Source: Eledone cirrhosa
Taxonomy: Eukaryota
Direction of reading: 5' to 3'
DNA length: 64,000 nt
Assembly: GCA_964016885.1 (NCBI GenBank)
Contig: OZ024749.1
Span: 41,540,001-41,604,000 of the forward strand
How positions within the stretch are numbered: the first letter of the stretch is position 1; the number at the start of each line of letters is the position of its first letter. The translations under genes and the position numbers were made by a program. This document shows positions 12,685 to 25,802 of the stretch, one piece after another. Below the pieces are notes generated by a model, which did not search any database, was not told where the DNA came from, and saw nothing but the letters and a program-made list of their open reading frames with translations.

Positions 12685-12913
12685 TTAACCCTTTAGCATT
12701 TAACCTGGCAATATCTGGCCAGAATTCTCTCACCTCTTTTTGTTCAAACCGGCTGTAATCGGCTGCTCATACTGATATCAAGGTTTTGTTCTCAAAATAA
12801 ATAATGTTTAAGTCACATAAATTCGATATTATATGAGATAATTGTGTGAGGTAAAGCCTTTACCATGAAAATATAATAGTATATATAAAGTAATGTAAAT
12901 ACTAAAGGGTTAA
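12685..12913. mobile_element. piggyBac-like MITE (TTAA-CCCTTTAG ... CTAAAGGG-TTAA)
   Basis: TTAA TSD and CCCTTT TIR. Family copies at 39583-39809, 53616-53838 and 60904-61119. Related family at 54447-54687. Confidence 0.8.
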
Positions 12914-13509
12914 GAACTCACACGGCCATTTGGGTGGTTGTGGTTAGCTGTTAAGGACATAGTGACACGTCTGTTTTATAGTGGCACTGCTTTAGGTTAA
13001 TGAATGGAAGTACGGTCAGTCACCGTTTGGGACAGAATCAAATACATTAAAGTAAATTTAGATTTAAGAATAACAAAAAAATGGTTTGCTTATTTCAAAA
13101 GATGATTGTATTTGTGACAGATTGAAACCTATTGAGTATAAATCTTGAACTGACTAAAAAACAATATAATTATTACAAATGACAGTTGCAGATTGTGACA
13201 GATTGAAATCTATGAATATATAAATCTTGAACTGACTAAAAACAATATATTTATTGCTAAACACAATTGCTGGTTGTGACAGACTGAAGTAAATTAATTA
13301 ATTATGTATAATTTATAAAAGCTAATAGACAATAAGACACACACAATCCCTCAAATTACACATTACAGCATATAATACCAGTGTTTCTCTCTCAAAAACT
13401 TTAAGACATATATTGAAATACACCCTTCTTTTGAAGAAAATGTTTGAGGAAAATAATATAGTAGTTTTTAAGATTTTTATATAGTGCATTATTTGATTAT
13501 TTTCAAAAT

Positions 13510-14802
13510 GGGTTAATACATAGACAAAGGCTTTCATTAGAAATATGGTAACGAAAGGGTTAATGACATAGACAGTGTCTTTCATAAGAAATATGGTAAT
13601 GGAAGGGTTAATGACATAGACAGTGCCTTTCATTAGATATATGGTAACGAAAGGGTTAATGACATAGACAGTGTCTTTCATTAGATATATGGTAATGAAA
13701 GGGTTAATGACATAGACTGTCTTTCATTAGATATATGGTAACGAAAGGGTTAATGACATAGACAGTGTCTTTCATTAGAAATATGGTAATGAAAGGGTTA
13801 ATGACATAGACAGTGTCTTTCATTAGAAATATGGTAATGAAAGGGTTAATGACATAGACAGTGTCTTTCATTAGATATATGGTAATGAAAGGGTTAATGA
13901 CATAGACAGTGTCTTTCATTAGAAATATGGTAATGAAAGGGTTAATGACATAGACAGTGTCTTTCATTAGAAATATGGTAATGAAAGGGTTAATAACATA
14001 GACAGTGTCTTTCATTAGATATATGGTAATGAAAGGGTTAATAACATAGACAGTGTCTTTCATTAGATATATGGTAATGAAAGGGTTAATGACATAGACA
14101 GTGTCTTTCATTAGATATATGGTAACGAAAGGGTTAATGACATAGACAGTGTCTTTCATAAGAAATATGGTAATGAAAGGGTTAATGACATAGACAGTGT
14201 CTTTCATTAGAAATATGGTAATGAAAGGGTTAATAACATAGACAGTGTCTTTCATTAGAAATATGGTAATGAAAGGGTTAATGACATAGACTGTCTTTCA
14301 TTAGATATATGGTAACGAAAGGGTTAATGACATAGACAGTGTCTTTCATTAGATATATGGTAATGAAAGGGTTAATGACATAGACAGTGTCTTTCATTAG
14401 AAATACGGTAATGAAAGGGTTAATGACATAGACAGTGTCTTTCATTAGATATATGGTAACGAAAGGGTTAATGACATAGACAGTGTCTTTCATTAGATAT
14501 ATGGTAATGAAAGGGTTAATGACATAGACAGTGTCTTTCATTAGAAATATGGTAATGAAAGGGTTAATGACATAGACAGTGTCTTTCATTAGATATATGG
14601 TAACGAAAAGGTTAATGACATAGACAGTGTCTTTCATTAGATATATGGTAATGAAAGGGTTAATGACATAGACAGTGTCTTTCATTAGAAATATGGTAAT
14701 GAAAGGGTTAATGACATAGACAGTGTGTCTCTCTAGATATATGGTAACAAAAGGGTTAATGACATAGTGTGTTTCTCTAGATATATGGTAACGAAAGGGT
14801 TA
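13510..14802. repeat. 48-bp minisatellite, about 27 units
   Basis: Unit GAAATATGGTAATGAAAGGGTTAATGACATAGACAGTGTCTTTCATTA. Confidence 0.95.
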
Positions 14803-15161
14803 AAGTACAAGACTGTCACTTGACCTAGATGAAGTTTTGGTTTATTTCTATTTGCTTCACATCTGGTCAGTCATTGCAGTGAGTTAGGAAAATATAACAT
14901 TTCTGTTTAAACAGATGTAACAACTAAAGTTGACAAACAGGAACTAATTTCAAATTGAGCTCACATCATCTTTATTTTCCTTGTTTTTTTTTTGTCTTTT
15001 GTTTATAGTTTTTCATGTTTTGGGTTTTTTTTGTGTGTGTGTGTGTGTGTGTGGGGGGGGGGAGTGGAACATTATTGGCACCGAGTCATTTGTAGACATA
15101 CATACATATATCATCATCATCGTCATCATTTTAATGTCCGCTTTACCTGCTAACAAGGGTT

Positions 15162-15193
<32 letters not shown>

Positions 15194-15219
15194 CACAAAT
15201 ATATACATATATATAAACG

Positions 15220-15588
15220 AAACCTACAGTCAGTAGGCACCTCTAACAAAATACACCCCCGTCCCACTACCCCCACCCACCCACTTAAATGTGAAGTTAT
15301 GTTGGTACCACAACATCCAGTCCGAAACAAATGAGGTCGTGTAGGTGTCACGACAAAAAAACACACAGTCCACGCTGTAATGTGGCCGTGTAGGTAACAC
15401 GGTAAAAACCTCCCAGTCCACACTGTAAACGTGGTTGGTGTTAGGAAGGGCATCCAGCCGTAGAAAACCCGCCAGACAGTCCTATACGAGCAGGACAACC
15501 AATCTTGCCTCAAGTGGGAAAACTCCTGTCCAAACCCATGCAAGTGTGGAAGATGGACGTTAAACGATGATGATGATGATGATGATGA
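15220..15588 (+). mobile_element. Non-autonomous RTE-tailed short element with no tRNA head
   Basis: Starts AAACCTACAGTCAGTAGG, ends CCCATGCAAG..TGGACGTTAAACGATGATG. Copies at about 1-168(-), 4874-5140(-), 8390-8583, 9478-9862, 25143-25435. Confidence 0.75.
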
Positions 15589-15667
15589 AGTGTGTATATA
15601 TCATCATTTTTATGTCTGTTTTTCCACACTTATAATATATATATATAAAATACATGCATACATATAA

Positions 15668-15721
<54 letters not shown>

Positions 15722-15829
15722 ATACACACAGACACACATAAAAAAATCTATCCATACATATATATATACACACATACATAGATACACACACATATGCATA
15801 CATACACACACATGTATATGTTTTGATAT

Positions 15830-16520
15830 GCATACATACACACACATGCATATGTATTGATATGCATACATACACACACATACATATGTATTGACAGGCA
15901 TACATACACACACATACATATGTATTGACAGGCATACATACACACACATACATATGTATTGATATGCATACATACACACACATACATATGTATTGATATG
16001 CATACATACACACACATACATATGTATTGACAGGCATACATACACACACATACATATGTATTGATATGCATACATACACACACATACATATGTATTGACA
16101 GGCATACATACACACACATACATATGTATTGATATGCATACATACACACACATACATATGTATTGATATGCATACATACACACACATACATATGTATTGA
16201 TATGCATACATACACACACATACATATGTATTGACAGGCATACATACACACACATACATATGTATTGATATGCATACATACACACACATACATATGTATT
16301 GATATGCATACATACACACACATGCATATGTATTGATATGCATACATACACACACATACATATGTATTGACAGGCATACATACACACACATACATATGTA
16401 TTGATATGCATACATACACACACATACATATGTATTGATATGCATACATACACACATGCATATGTATTGATATGCATACATACACACACATACATATGTA
16501 TTGATATGCATACATACACA
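15830..16520. repeat. 34-bp minisatellite (TATGTATTGATATGCATACATACACACACATACA)
   Basis: About 20 tandem units with TATG/CAGG variants. Confidence 0.92.
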
Positions 16521-17067
16521 AACACACATATACATAAATTCCACGCCAAAAGTCATAGATAAGTTTCGTGACATTTTCTTAAAAAACCCATATAAATGAC
16601 CATTTCTGGAGTGTTTGAATGACATCAAATATTGTTTTTGTTTGTAATTGTAATTTCATGTTTTTATTTAATATAACCACTGCACCTTCATGTTCCTCCC
16701 CCCTGAACCCCACCTCACAGTTTTGCAGGTATCTTGTCCTTGGACTGTCTTCAATGTCATGGGTCCTGTTATTTAATGTTTGCTACTGTTTCGTTTTATT
16801 TATTATCACCTGTTATTTACTTAACTCTTAACGTCCTGTACCGCACGATACCACATTAGTAAGACAATTTTGAAAAGTTATAAAACAGCACTATGACTTA
16901 CATCATCATCATCATCACTGTTTAATGTCCATTTTTTCACAGTAGCATGGGTTAGATGAGTTGTCCTGTTGTGAGACAAGCAAGATTAGCTGACTGTGTT
17001 TTGCTCATACAGAATTGTTTCTGGCTTGGTTTGTACCTCTGGATGCCCTTCCTAACGCCAACTACAT

Positions 17068-17356
17068 TTACAGTGTGTGCTGGGTGCTTTTTGTCGTGAC
17101 ACATACACGACCACTTGACAGTATGGACTGGGTGCTTTTTGTCATGACATATACACGACCACTTTACAGTGTGGACTGGATGCTTTTTGTCGTAACTCCT
17201 ACATGACCACTTTACAGTGTGGACTGGCTGCTTTTGTCATGACACATACATGACCACTTTACAGTGTGGACTGGCTGCTTTTTGTCATGACACATACATG
17301 ACCACTTTACAGTGTGGACTGGGCGCTTTTTGTCATGACACCTACACGACCACTTT
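17068..17356 (-). repeat. ~47-bp SINE-tail-derived tandem repeat (about 6 units)
   Basis: Unit TTACAGTGTGGACTGGGTGCTTTTTGTCATGACACCTACACGACCACT, next to an inverted SINE tail. Confidence 0.8.
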
Positions 17357-18689
17357 TTAATCATATTAAAAATAGATGTCTTTACTCAACCACTGCAAAC
17401 CCATTTTTAGCTATCTTCTGTTAAATCCTTACAAGATGTTAAGGGGTTATATCTCCCTATTGTTATTGCTGAACTCAGTAAATATCCTATATGTTTTCCA
17501 TGTATTTCACTCTCATATTGTCTCCCAATACCCTGGACCCCTTGTGGCCAATAAAAGAAATTTCCCCCACCCTGTTTTTATTTTAGCTGTGTCTTTTGGT
17601 GATTTCTAATAATTTTCTCTTAATCAGCAAAACCACTGTTCTTTCTCAATTAGATTGCACCTGCTCTCATTAGCACACCTGTTCCCATCCAATCACTCAT
17701 AATGAATCAATGTAAAGACTAGTCACTATTTAAACAGTTGAAGAGGGTGAGTTGATGGGGGTGGGGTGGGGGGGGGGGAAGGAGAGTAAGATGTCCCCTT
17801 TCTATGCTGGCATGGGTTGGACAGGTTGTTGCAGCCACAGTCAGTTGTTATTCTAGGCAGGATAGAGGACCATGTTGGGTTTGTATGTTCCAAATTTTGG
17901 ACATAGTTTCTACCACTGAATGTCCAACCTAAACCCACCCACTTTACAGAGTGTACTGGGTGTTCAGTTTAGTGTAGCCCCAACACTAGAAAGGTTGTCA
18001 GCTTCTTGACAAGACAGAAAACAATATGTGTATGTGTGTGTGTGAGTGTGTGTGTGTATGTGTGTGTGTGTGTGTATCTCTTTTTGTGTCTCTCTGTGTG
18101 TATGCATGTGTATGTATGTGTGTGTATGACTGTGTATGTGTGCGTGTATGTATGTATGTGTATATGAGTGTATGTATATATGTATATGTGTACATATGTA
18201 TTATGTATGTATATGTGTACATATGTATTATGTATGTATATGTGTATATATGTATTATGCATATATGTATGTATATGTGTATATATGTATATATGTATTA
18301 TGCATGTATGTATAAGTGTGTGCATGCATGTATGTTGTCTTATCACTTCAATGTTGTGAGTTCAAATTGAACCAGGGGTAAATTGGTAATTTAATTCTTT
18401 TGGCCATTTCTTTCCAGTTATTAATGAAATAAGTACCAGTTATATATTGGGAGAAGAAAAGTCAATTCAATCTACAGTAACTGGGCCATCTGTCCTAAAT
18501 AACAAACCAACAGTGTTCGTGTGTCAGTATTATTTACCCATCTATACGGGGTCGATAAAATAAAGTACCAGTAATGCACTGGGTGATTGCTGGCCTTGTG
18601 CCTAAAGTAGAAACAATTATTTACCCTACCCGTTCATCTGAAGACTGCCACCCTACTCCTGCCCTAATATGTCGTCTGCCTCATCGTCC

Positions 18690-18960
18690 CTGTCAACAGG
18701 ATGGAGAAGAAGACACTGTCCTGGAGGACAGCGAGGGAGACATGCTGGAAAAGTCAGTCTTCCTCACAGGGCTCACACCAGCCAACTTCGCTCTGATGGC
18801 AATGAGCAAGGATGTGATCCAAGGGGCCAAGAATGTCACAGGTTCAACCACAAACCTATCAGAAAGTGACCGATACTTTTGACAGTTCACCCTCTTCGGC
18901 CAGGTGGGCAGCAAAGCCAAAGCTGGTAGCCAAACAAACCATGTTGCTGCTAGTGAAGGG
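18690..18960 (-). mobile_element. Degraded CRE-like RLE fragment
   Basis: KYRSLSDRFVVEP resembles the 21422 copy (KYRSLSERFAVVP). Confidence 0.55.
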
Positions 18961-20229
18961 GTCTTGGATTTTCTGTCCTCAATAAGAAACTAATAGTATC
19001 TCAATCTTATGAGTTTGGTCTCATTACATAATTGGGGTCATTCTGATTCCTTAGACAACTTTATGACCTAATTTCTTAAACAAACCTTTGTTATCAGTTC
19101 TTAATGCTGATTATATTGCTGCTGCTGTTGTTGTTGTTGTTGTTATAGTTGTTTTTGTTGTTCTTAGTTATTGTTGTTGTTGCTATTGTTGTGGTTGTTC
19201 ACCCCCCACCCCACCCCACCCCACCCAAAAATCACCAACTCTAATACCTGAACTTTGTTCTTGCGATAACACACAACTATTACTTCAACAACAGCAACAA
19301 CAACAACAACAACAACAACAATAGCAAGAAACAATAACACTACCATTGATATCTCAATCCCACCTTCTCCCACAACAACCCTCACTACCCCAACCACTAT
19401 CCCTACCCCTACACCACAACACCCAGAACAATCCCCACACGACAACCACCACTGCCGCAAATATTGACACTTATTCAATTATCTTCACCACAGCACGTGT
19501 TATCTAATAACGATGACAATGTATACACACTTTGATCACCTGTACAGGCAATATTTATTAGAATGCCGTTGAAGTATGTATACATTTTTTGGGGACACCC
19601 TGTATATACAGCATACAAAAATAGCAATACTAGGCACTACTCACATATTACGAAAAGTACTCTCAATACAATAAAAACAACAAAAACCACACTGCACATG
19701 TTCAAGGCGCACTGAGCTGTGCTCAGTAACGCAGTGAAGACGTGCAATAACAATGAGACTACTACCACTACGACTAATAATAATGGTTGGTTTCTTATAT
19801 AGGCACAAGGCCAGCAATTTTGGGGAAGGGAAAAAACGATGTTGCTCAGATTTCATTGATCTAAGAAATTCGGGGAGTGTTGGGATTATGACGAAAGAGG
19901 AAGTCAACTGAGACTCACTAGGTCTCAGTTGACAACCTCCTTCATAATCCCAACACTCCCCAATTTCTTAGATCAAGGAAGTTCGAGTAACATCGTTTAA
20001 CGAGGGTTGACCTGAAACACGACACAAACTTTTTTTTTAAATAAAAAAAAAAGCAAATAAATAAAAGGGAGGGTTGTAGAATAAATTATAAGGTAGATCC
20101 GGTAAGTAATTTAATTGGTTTTACACAATAGGTACATAGTTTGATGACATTTATTTCTCAAGCTGTATAATGAGTGTGTGTAAATAGTCTGCTGCCACTG
20201 TATCTCAGACGTGGTCTTGCTGTAATAAT

Positions 20230-20411
20230 TGTTTCTACTTTAGGTACAAGGCCAGCAATTACCCAGTGCATTACTGGTACTTTATTTTATCGACCCCGTA
20301 AGGATGAAAGGCAAAGTCAACCTCGGCGGGATTTGAACTCAGATCGCAAAGGGACGTAACTATGCTGGAAAGCATGGCGTCCGACCCTCTACCGATACTG
20401 CCAATCCACCG
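20230..20411 (-). mobile_element. tRNA-derived SINE with Meta/MESC-like central domain and 14-bp TSD
   Basis: Head GCGGTGGATTGGCAGTATCGG...GAGTTCAAATCCC, core GCCTTTCATCCTTACGGGGTCGATAAAATAAAGTACCAG, TSD CTTGCTGTAATAAT. More than 12 further copies, e.g. about 6930-7108, 12482-12610, 23025-23132, 23838-23952, 24077-24268, 29235-29420, 33778-33905, 42552-42770, 43772-43962, 45080-45310, 48975-49152, 52793-52995, 54056-54195. Confidence 0.85.
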
Positions 20412-21421
20412 CTTGCTGTAATAATAAAGGAACCATCACTTAAGCAGACGACAAAAGGCTATTGAAGAAGAACAAAAAGAAATAAACATGGTCAATTGCG
20501 AAGACCCAATATAAAGCTGGTAGTGTACAACACCTACCGATGACATATTAAGTTAGTGCGGGACCTGTAGCATATACTGTAAAGGGGCCATATTTTTAAA
20601 AAAATGTGACATAAAGGCTAAAGCCAGTATAGTACTATTGTATAAAGCTCTTAGCGCGGCCCCACTGAAAATGTGGGATATGTATCAAATGATACCCTTG
20701 TCACTAGGTTAATCTGGCATTGTGTAACATTAAGTAGAATCGAGATCGTTGAGTTATTGTTTGTTAAAGATTCCCCCTTTCCTCTGGCATATTGTTGGAA
20801 GAATCTTTACATCTGATTGAACTGAAACTGTAATTTCTTGAACAGAGGCGAATCATTAGAAACTTGCTATTAGTGTCTTCTTCTTATCATGTCCACAAGA
20901 GTGTCGGCTACAAAGCTTGGCTAGATGTGGTTCTGTCACAGCTAAATACATTGCTGTCCTTTCTTATTAAACTCTATTAGTGTATAAATGCTGAACAACA
21001 AAAATTGTGTCACTTCGTTGTTCTTATTTCACAACTATTTTGTTCTTTACCAAACATTAGCTATAAAATATTGAACAACAAAAAACATTCACTGTTCTAA
21101 ATTTTCTTCCATCTTTCAACAAATCCAACCATCATCTGTCCCTTTTCCTCTCCTTCAATCTTAGATTCAATAAAGATATTTGACAACACAAATTCTTTCA
21201 TCCCGTTTTTACTCTGGCTACTGTACTTTCAGAACACCCACTTCCACTGTTAATTCGGACAGCGGCAAATTGGCAGAGTTGCTAGAACGTCGGATATAAT
21301 GCTTTGCAGTAGTCGTCCCCACTCTCTGCTCTCCGAGTTCAAATCCCGCTGAGGTCAACTTTGCCTTTTATCCATTTAAGGTCGATAAACAAGTAGCAGT
21401 GTAATACTGGAGTTGATTCTT

Positions 21422-21990
21422 CCCTGTCGCCACAGTGCCGGCCACCTTCCATGCTATGCTGCCCCCAACGAGGTCATAAAGCATGGTTTGGACGCTGCAG
21501 GCTTCCCCTCCCAGCTCGAGCCGGTGGGGCTGGACCGAGGGGACGGCAAAAGGCCAGACGGTTAGACCATCTTCCCGTTCCGCGGTGGCAAACCCCTCGT
21601 CTGGGATACCACTTGCAGCGACACTTTCTCCAGCCACAACCTGGTTGAGTCTGCGACTATCCAAGGTTCTGCTGCACGTCTGGCTGAGGAGACCAAACTC
21701 TCCAAGTACCGGTCGCTCTCCGAAAGGTTCGCGGTCGTGCCTCTGGCAGTGGAGACTTCTGGTGTCCTTGGCCCTAGGGCTACCTCCCTATTCACCACCA
21801 TAGGTGCTGAGCTGGCCAGCTGCAGGTGTGAGCCTCGCGATTTGGAACGGCTCTTCCAGCGCATCTCCCTTACTATCCTCCGGGGAAAAGCCTTCTCCAT
21901 TCTGTCTGCTGGGGCTGTGGGGGAGGCCAGCATGTGGGAGTCCGGCTCTTCCCCTTTCGGACCATATCCTTGTGGTTGTGTTCATTAAGC
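21422..21990 (+). mobile_element. CRE-like (R2-group) non-LTR retrotransposon 3' fragment, RLE domain
   Basis: GC-rich island translating to CRHSAG...[37 protein letters not shown]...AEETKLSKY...PLAVETSGVLG...LFQRISLTILRGKA. Confidence 0.8.
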
Positions 21991-22273
21991 AGTTAATAAG
22001 TCTGTTTATGTATAGACTCAATAGTGTACATTGTGTATATATCATTTAATACAGTTGTGTCTTAACAAATTATCTTCAATTTTACAGTTTTCACACTATG
22101 TAGAAGTCTCTTTCTTTTATTCTTTTACTTTCTATGAAAGAAATCTGATGTATTCAGACCTGGAGATAAGATGGGCTCAGCCAAGTTTTAAAATTTCCCA
22201 GAAACGCTCTATGTTAATATTGCTTCCTTACGACCCTCTCAGGAGCTACGGGTCCATACCTATACATGGAATT

Positions 22274-22328
<55 letters not shown>

Positions 22329-22577
22329 CATGAAGTATGTTCCTAGAATTCTTCACTTTAATAACTTTTCTTTACAATAACAAACAAAAATAAATAAACA
22401 AAATAAAAACAAAACAAAACACGTTAACCAAAGAAACTGGTCAAACAATTCCTTAAGAGCATTCTGTGGCACCCTCACCCCCGAGCACCAAAGCCTGGCG
22501 ACGGACTTGTCCAAATGTGTAAATTTATTAAGGAAATATTTCTAAAATATAGGAACATAAATATCTTTTTAAAACGT

Positions 22578-22885
22578 TATGTTTCGTAGTCACACACACC
22601 GGTAATGCGGCCCACACTGCAGAGGAAAGGAAGATAAACAAATACCGAAGATTGTTCGGTCGCTTCCTCTTCGCGCCGGTCGCTGTCGAGACCTCATGCG
22701 TACTTGGACTGCAAGCTGCCGAGCTCCTCCGCAAGATCGGAACGTCGGTAGCTGGTCTGAGGAAGGAGCCCCGCGAGGTGGGGTAGCAGTTGCAGCGGGT
22801 ATTACTGGCCATTGTCCGCGGAAATGTCTTTGCAGACTTGTCGGCGGGTCGCAGCTCCATCACTGCCCCGTCCTAGGCGTAGAGT
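22578..22885 (+). mobile_element. Second, divergent CRE-like RLE fragment
   Basis: AAHTAEERKINKYRRL..RFLFAPVAVETS ... LQRVLLAIVRGN, frameshifted. Confidence 0.65.
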
Positions 22886-24076
22886 CCCTCACCATTCCCT
22901 TCACTGTCCCCTTCACATTCTTTTGTGACCCTAGAGTCCTTGTCTCTCCTTTCATTTTCCGTTTTTAAATATCTGTAGTGTTGTAAAAAAAAAAATGCCT
23001 TTGAGAACGTTTTTAAAAGTAAATAATTGTTTCTACTTTTGGCACAAGGCCAGCAATTATCCCAGTGCATTACTGGTATTTTATTTTATCGACTCCGTAA
23101 GGATGAAAGGCAAAGTTAACCTGGGCGGGATTTAAAAGTAAATAATAATATATAAAATGTAAGAAACTCAAACGCAGAAATTAACTATGTACAGTTGGTT
23201 GTTATAACTAATAGCTAAGAAAATTGGGTAAAATACATCTCTGGTCAGAGCAGTCAACCGGTACCTGAAAGATACGAGGTTCGGTACCTTGTAGCGACTG
23301 CAGATTACTTTTTTCCGTCTAAAGAGGTATTTTACTCGATTATCTAAGTTATTTTCTGCGTTTGAGTTTCCTCCATTTTATAATCCCTTCATTACAACTT
23401 AGTGCTTCAAACGTTCCTTAATTTATACACAATGTATTACATAATATGTTTGTCTATTAAATATCCCCCTTTTTTTATTATTTCATTAATAAAGTTCTTT
23501 TGGATGAGAAAAGATTTTATTACAGACGGTCTTACCCTTTTTTCCTGGTGTGAGGTATCGCAGATTGTGAATGGGTTCGCCCCGAGTATAGACATGTAGA
23601 TTGGAGGAGGACAAATAGGAGAGGGTACTGCCCTAGTGGACAAAGTGACTGACTTTTGTGAACTTTTTCCATGAGTGACCCTTGGCGGTAACTTTTGGGG
23701 AATTTGTTGTTTGATTTTCCTAATATTTATTTTTCTAGTTTTTGTTTTAAACCTTTTTAACACAAAAACCCTACACTGTACTTAATGTTCACTTAATGTG
23801 AGTCCCGTGTGGCTAATAAAGAAATCATTATTATTATTCCAAGTTCAAATCCTGCCGAGGTTAACTTTGCCTTTCATCCTTACGGAGTCAATAAAATAAA
23901 GTACCAGTAATGCACTGGGTAATTGCTGGCCTTGTGCCAAAATTAGAAACAATTATTATTATTATTATCATCATCATCATCATCATCATTACTACTCTGA
24001 TTGCGTGTTGTCACTGCATCACTGAGCACAGCTCTGTGTCTTGTGTTGTTTTTGGTGTTGTTATTTCTATATATTA

Positions 24077-24268
24077 GGGCGGTGGATTGGCAGTATCGGT
24101 AGAGAGTCGGACACCATGCTTTGAAGCATAGAGTTACGTCCCTTTACGATCTGAGTTCAAATCCCGCCGAGGTTGACTTTGCCTTTCATCCTTACGGGGT
24201 CGATAAAATAAAGTACCAGTAATGTACTGGGTAATTGCTGGCCTTGTGCCTAAAATAGAAACAGTTAT
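24077..24268 (+). mobile_element. Meta/MESC-like SINE copy with TSD GTTATTTCTAT
   Basis: Same family as 20230-20411. Inserted into an older repeat whose uninterrupted inverted copy is at about 19605-19770. Confidence 0.8.
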
Positions 24269-24384
24269 TTCTATTATATTGAAAGTACTCTCCTTACTAT
24301 GTGTGCAGTGCCTAGTAGTGCTATTTTCTGGATGCTGTGTATATTTATAAGTCCTGACGTTTTAGTTATGTATCCAACGGATGT

Positions 24385-25040
24385 GCTTTGTTAAAGTGTA
24401 TGGTTGATCTGAGAGAAAAGCTGGATATAAGAGGTATCAGATGTACTGTGCAGGAAAGAAGACTGCACTGGTATGGATATGTGATGTACATGAATGATTA
24501 TTGGTGGGTGAAGAAATGCCAAGAAATCTCGGTGGAAGAAAGCAACAATAAAGGAAGACCTGGACGGAGGTCAGAGGCGTAACTAGGATATGGCAAGCAT
24601 GGCATGTGTCATGGGTGTCACTTGAAGGGGCGCTACTTAGACTAGGAGTGCCATGGGCGTCACTTGAAGGGGCGCTACTTAGACTAGGAGCACTTTTTAT
24701 TAAACACAGATAAGCTGCATGGGTGAGAAGTATTCTGGTGGCTGGATCATTAAACCATTTATATGAATTATTAGGTCCTTAGATAAAAATACAGTGCTAG
24801 GAACTACATGACCCCATAGGCATACTTTGTGTTTGAGTAGGGGCGCAATTTCACTGCTTGCCATAGGCACTACTTTCCCTAGTTACAATTTTGGTGGGGA
24901 TGGTGAGAACTGATCTCAAATCACCGAAGCTCACAGAAGAGATGAAGAAGAAGTACAACAAGTGAAGGGATGCTGTATTGGTAAAGATCTGTCCAGCTTA
25001 GGCAAGCATGGAAAAGGATGAGGATGATGATGATGATCAT
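24385..25040 (+). mobile_element. Degraded RTE 3' fragment split by a ~315-bp TIR element (about 24572-24892)
   Basis: LREKLDIRGIRC..QERRLHWYG...GRPG upstream; RTE tail resumes downstream. The insert has inverted termini ...GTAACTAGG / CCTAGTTAC.... Confidence 0.65.
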
Positions 25041-25802
25041 CATCATCATGATCATAATCATAATCATCATCATGAATAACAACATACATAATCAGCAAAT
25101 TATTTCTTTCTCTTTCATATATATATATACTGTATATATGTTAAGTTATGTTGGTACCACAACATCCAGTCCGAAACAAATGAGGTCGTGTAGGTGTCAC
25201 AACAAAAAAAAAACACACAGTCCACGCTGTAATGTGGCCGTGTAGGTAACACGGTAAAAACCTCCCAGTACACACTGTAAACGTGGTTGGTGTTAGGAAG
25301 GGCATCCAGCTGTAGAAAACCCACCAGACAGTCCTATACGAGCAGGACAACAAATCTTGCCTCAAGTGGGAAAACTCCCGTCCAAACCCATGCAAGCGTG
25401 GAAGATGGACGTTAAACGATGATGATGATGATGATGTATATCTTTTGTTTTCTTATTTGCTAAACCTTGATTATATATGTTCTGGCTCGTTAATTTATTA
25501 ACCTGCCATTGAACCACATTGGCATATGGTTGGACAATACATGTGTTCCTAGACGCTTTTTGCATGTAGGGATATATACTTTATTATTATTATTCTCCTC
25601 TTGGTCGAGATAAAATTTGGTCATTCTGACTGCTGCTATTTATAGTGGTAGTAGACTGACCTCCCTGCCTCTGCTTCTATCTTTACACACGGCACTGGAC
25701 AGAATTGCTTCCACATCATTCATTCTCATCTCGGGAACAATTTTGAATAGCGCCAGTTCGTAATTTGAACTCGGGAATTTTATATTCTCCGAGTGAAAAG
25801 AC

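Noticed and set aside
13510-14802. CRISPR-like array or repetitive protein ORFs (MKDTVYVINPF...)
   Set aside because: Units are contiguous with no unique spacers, no cas genes are present, the context is eukaryotic, and the frames are broken by 2-bp deletions.
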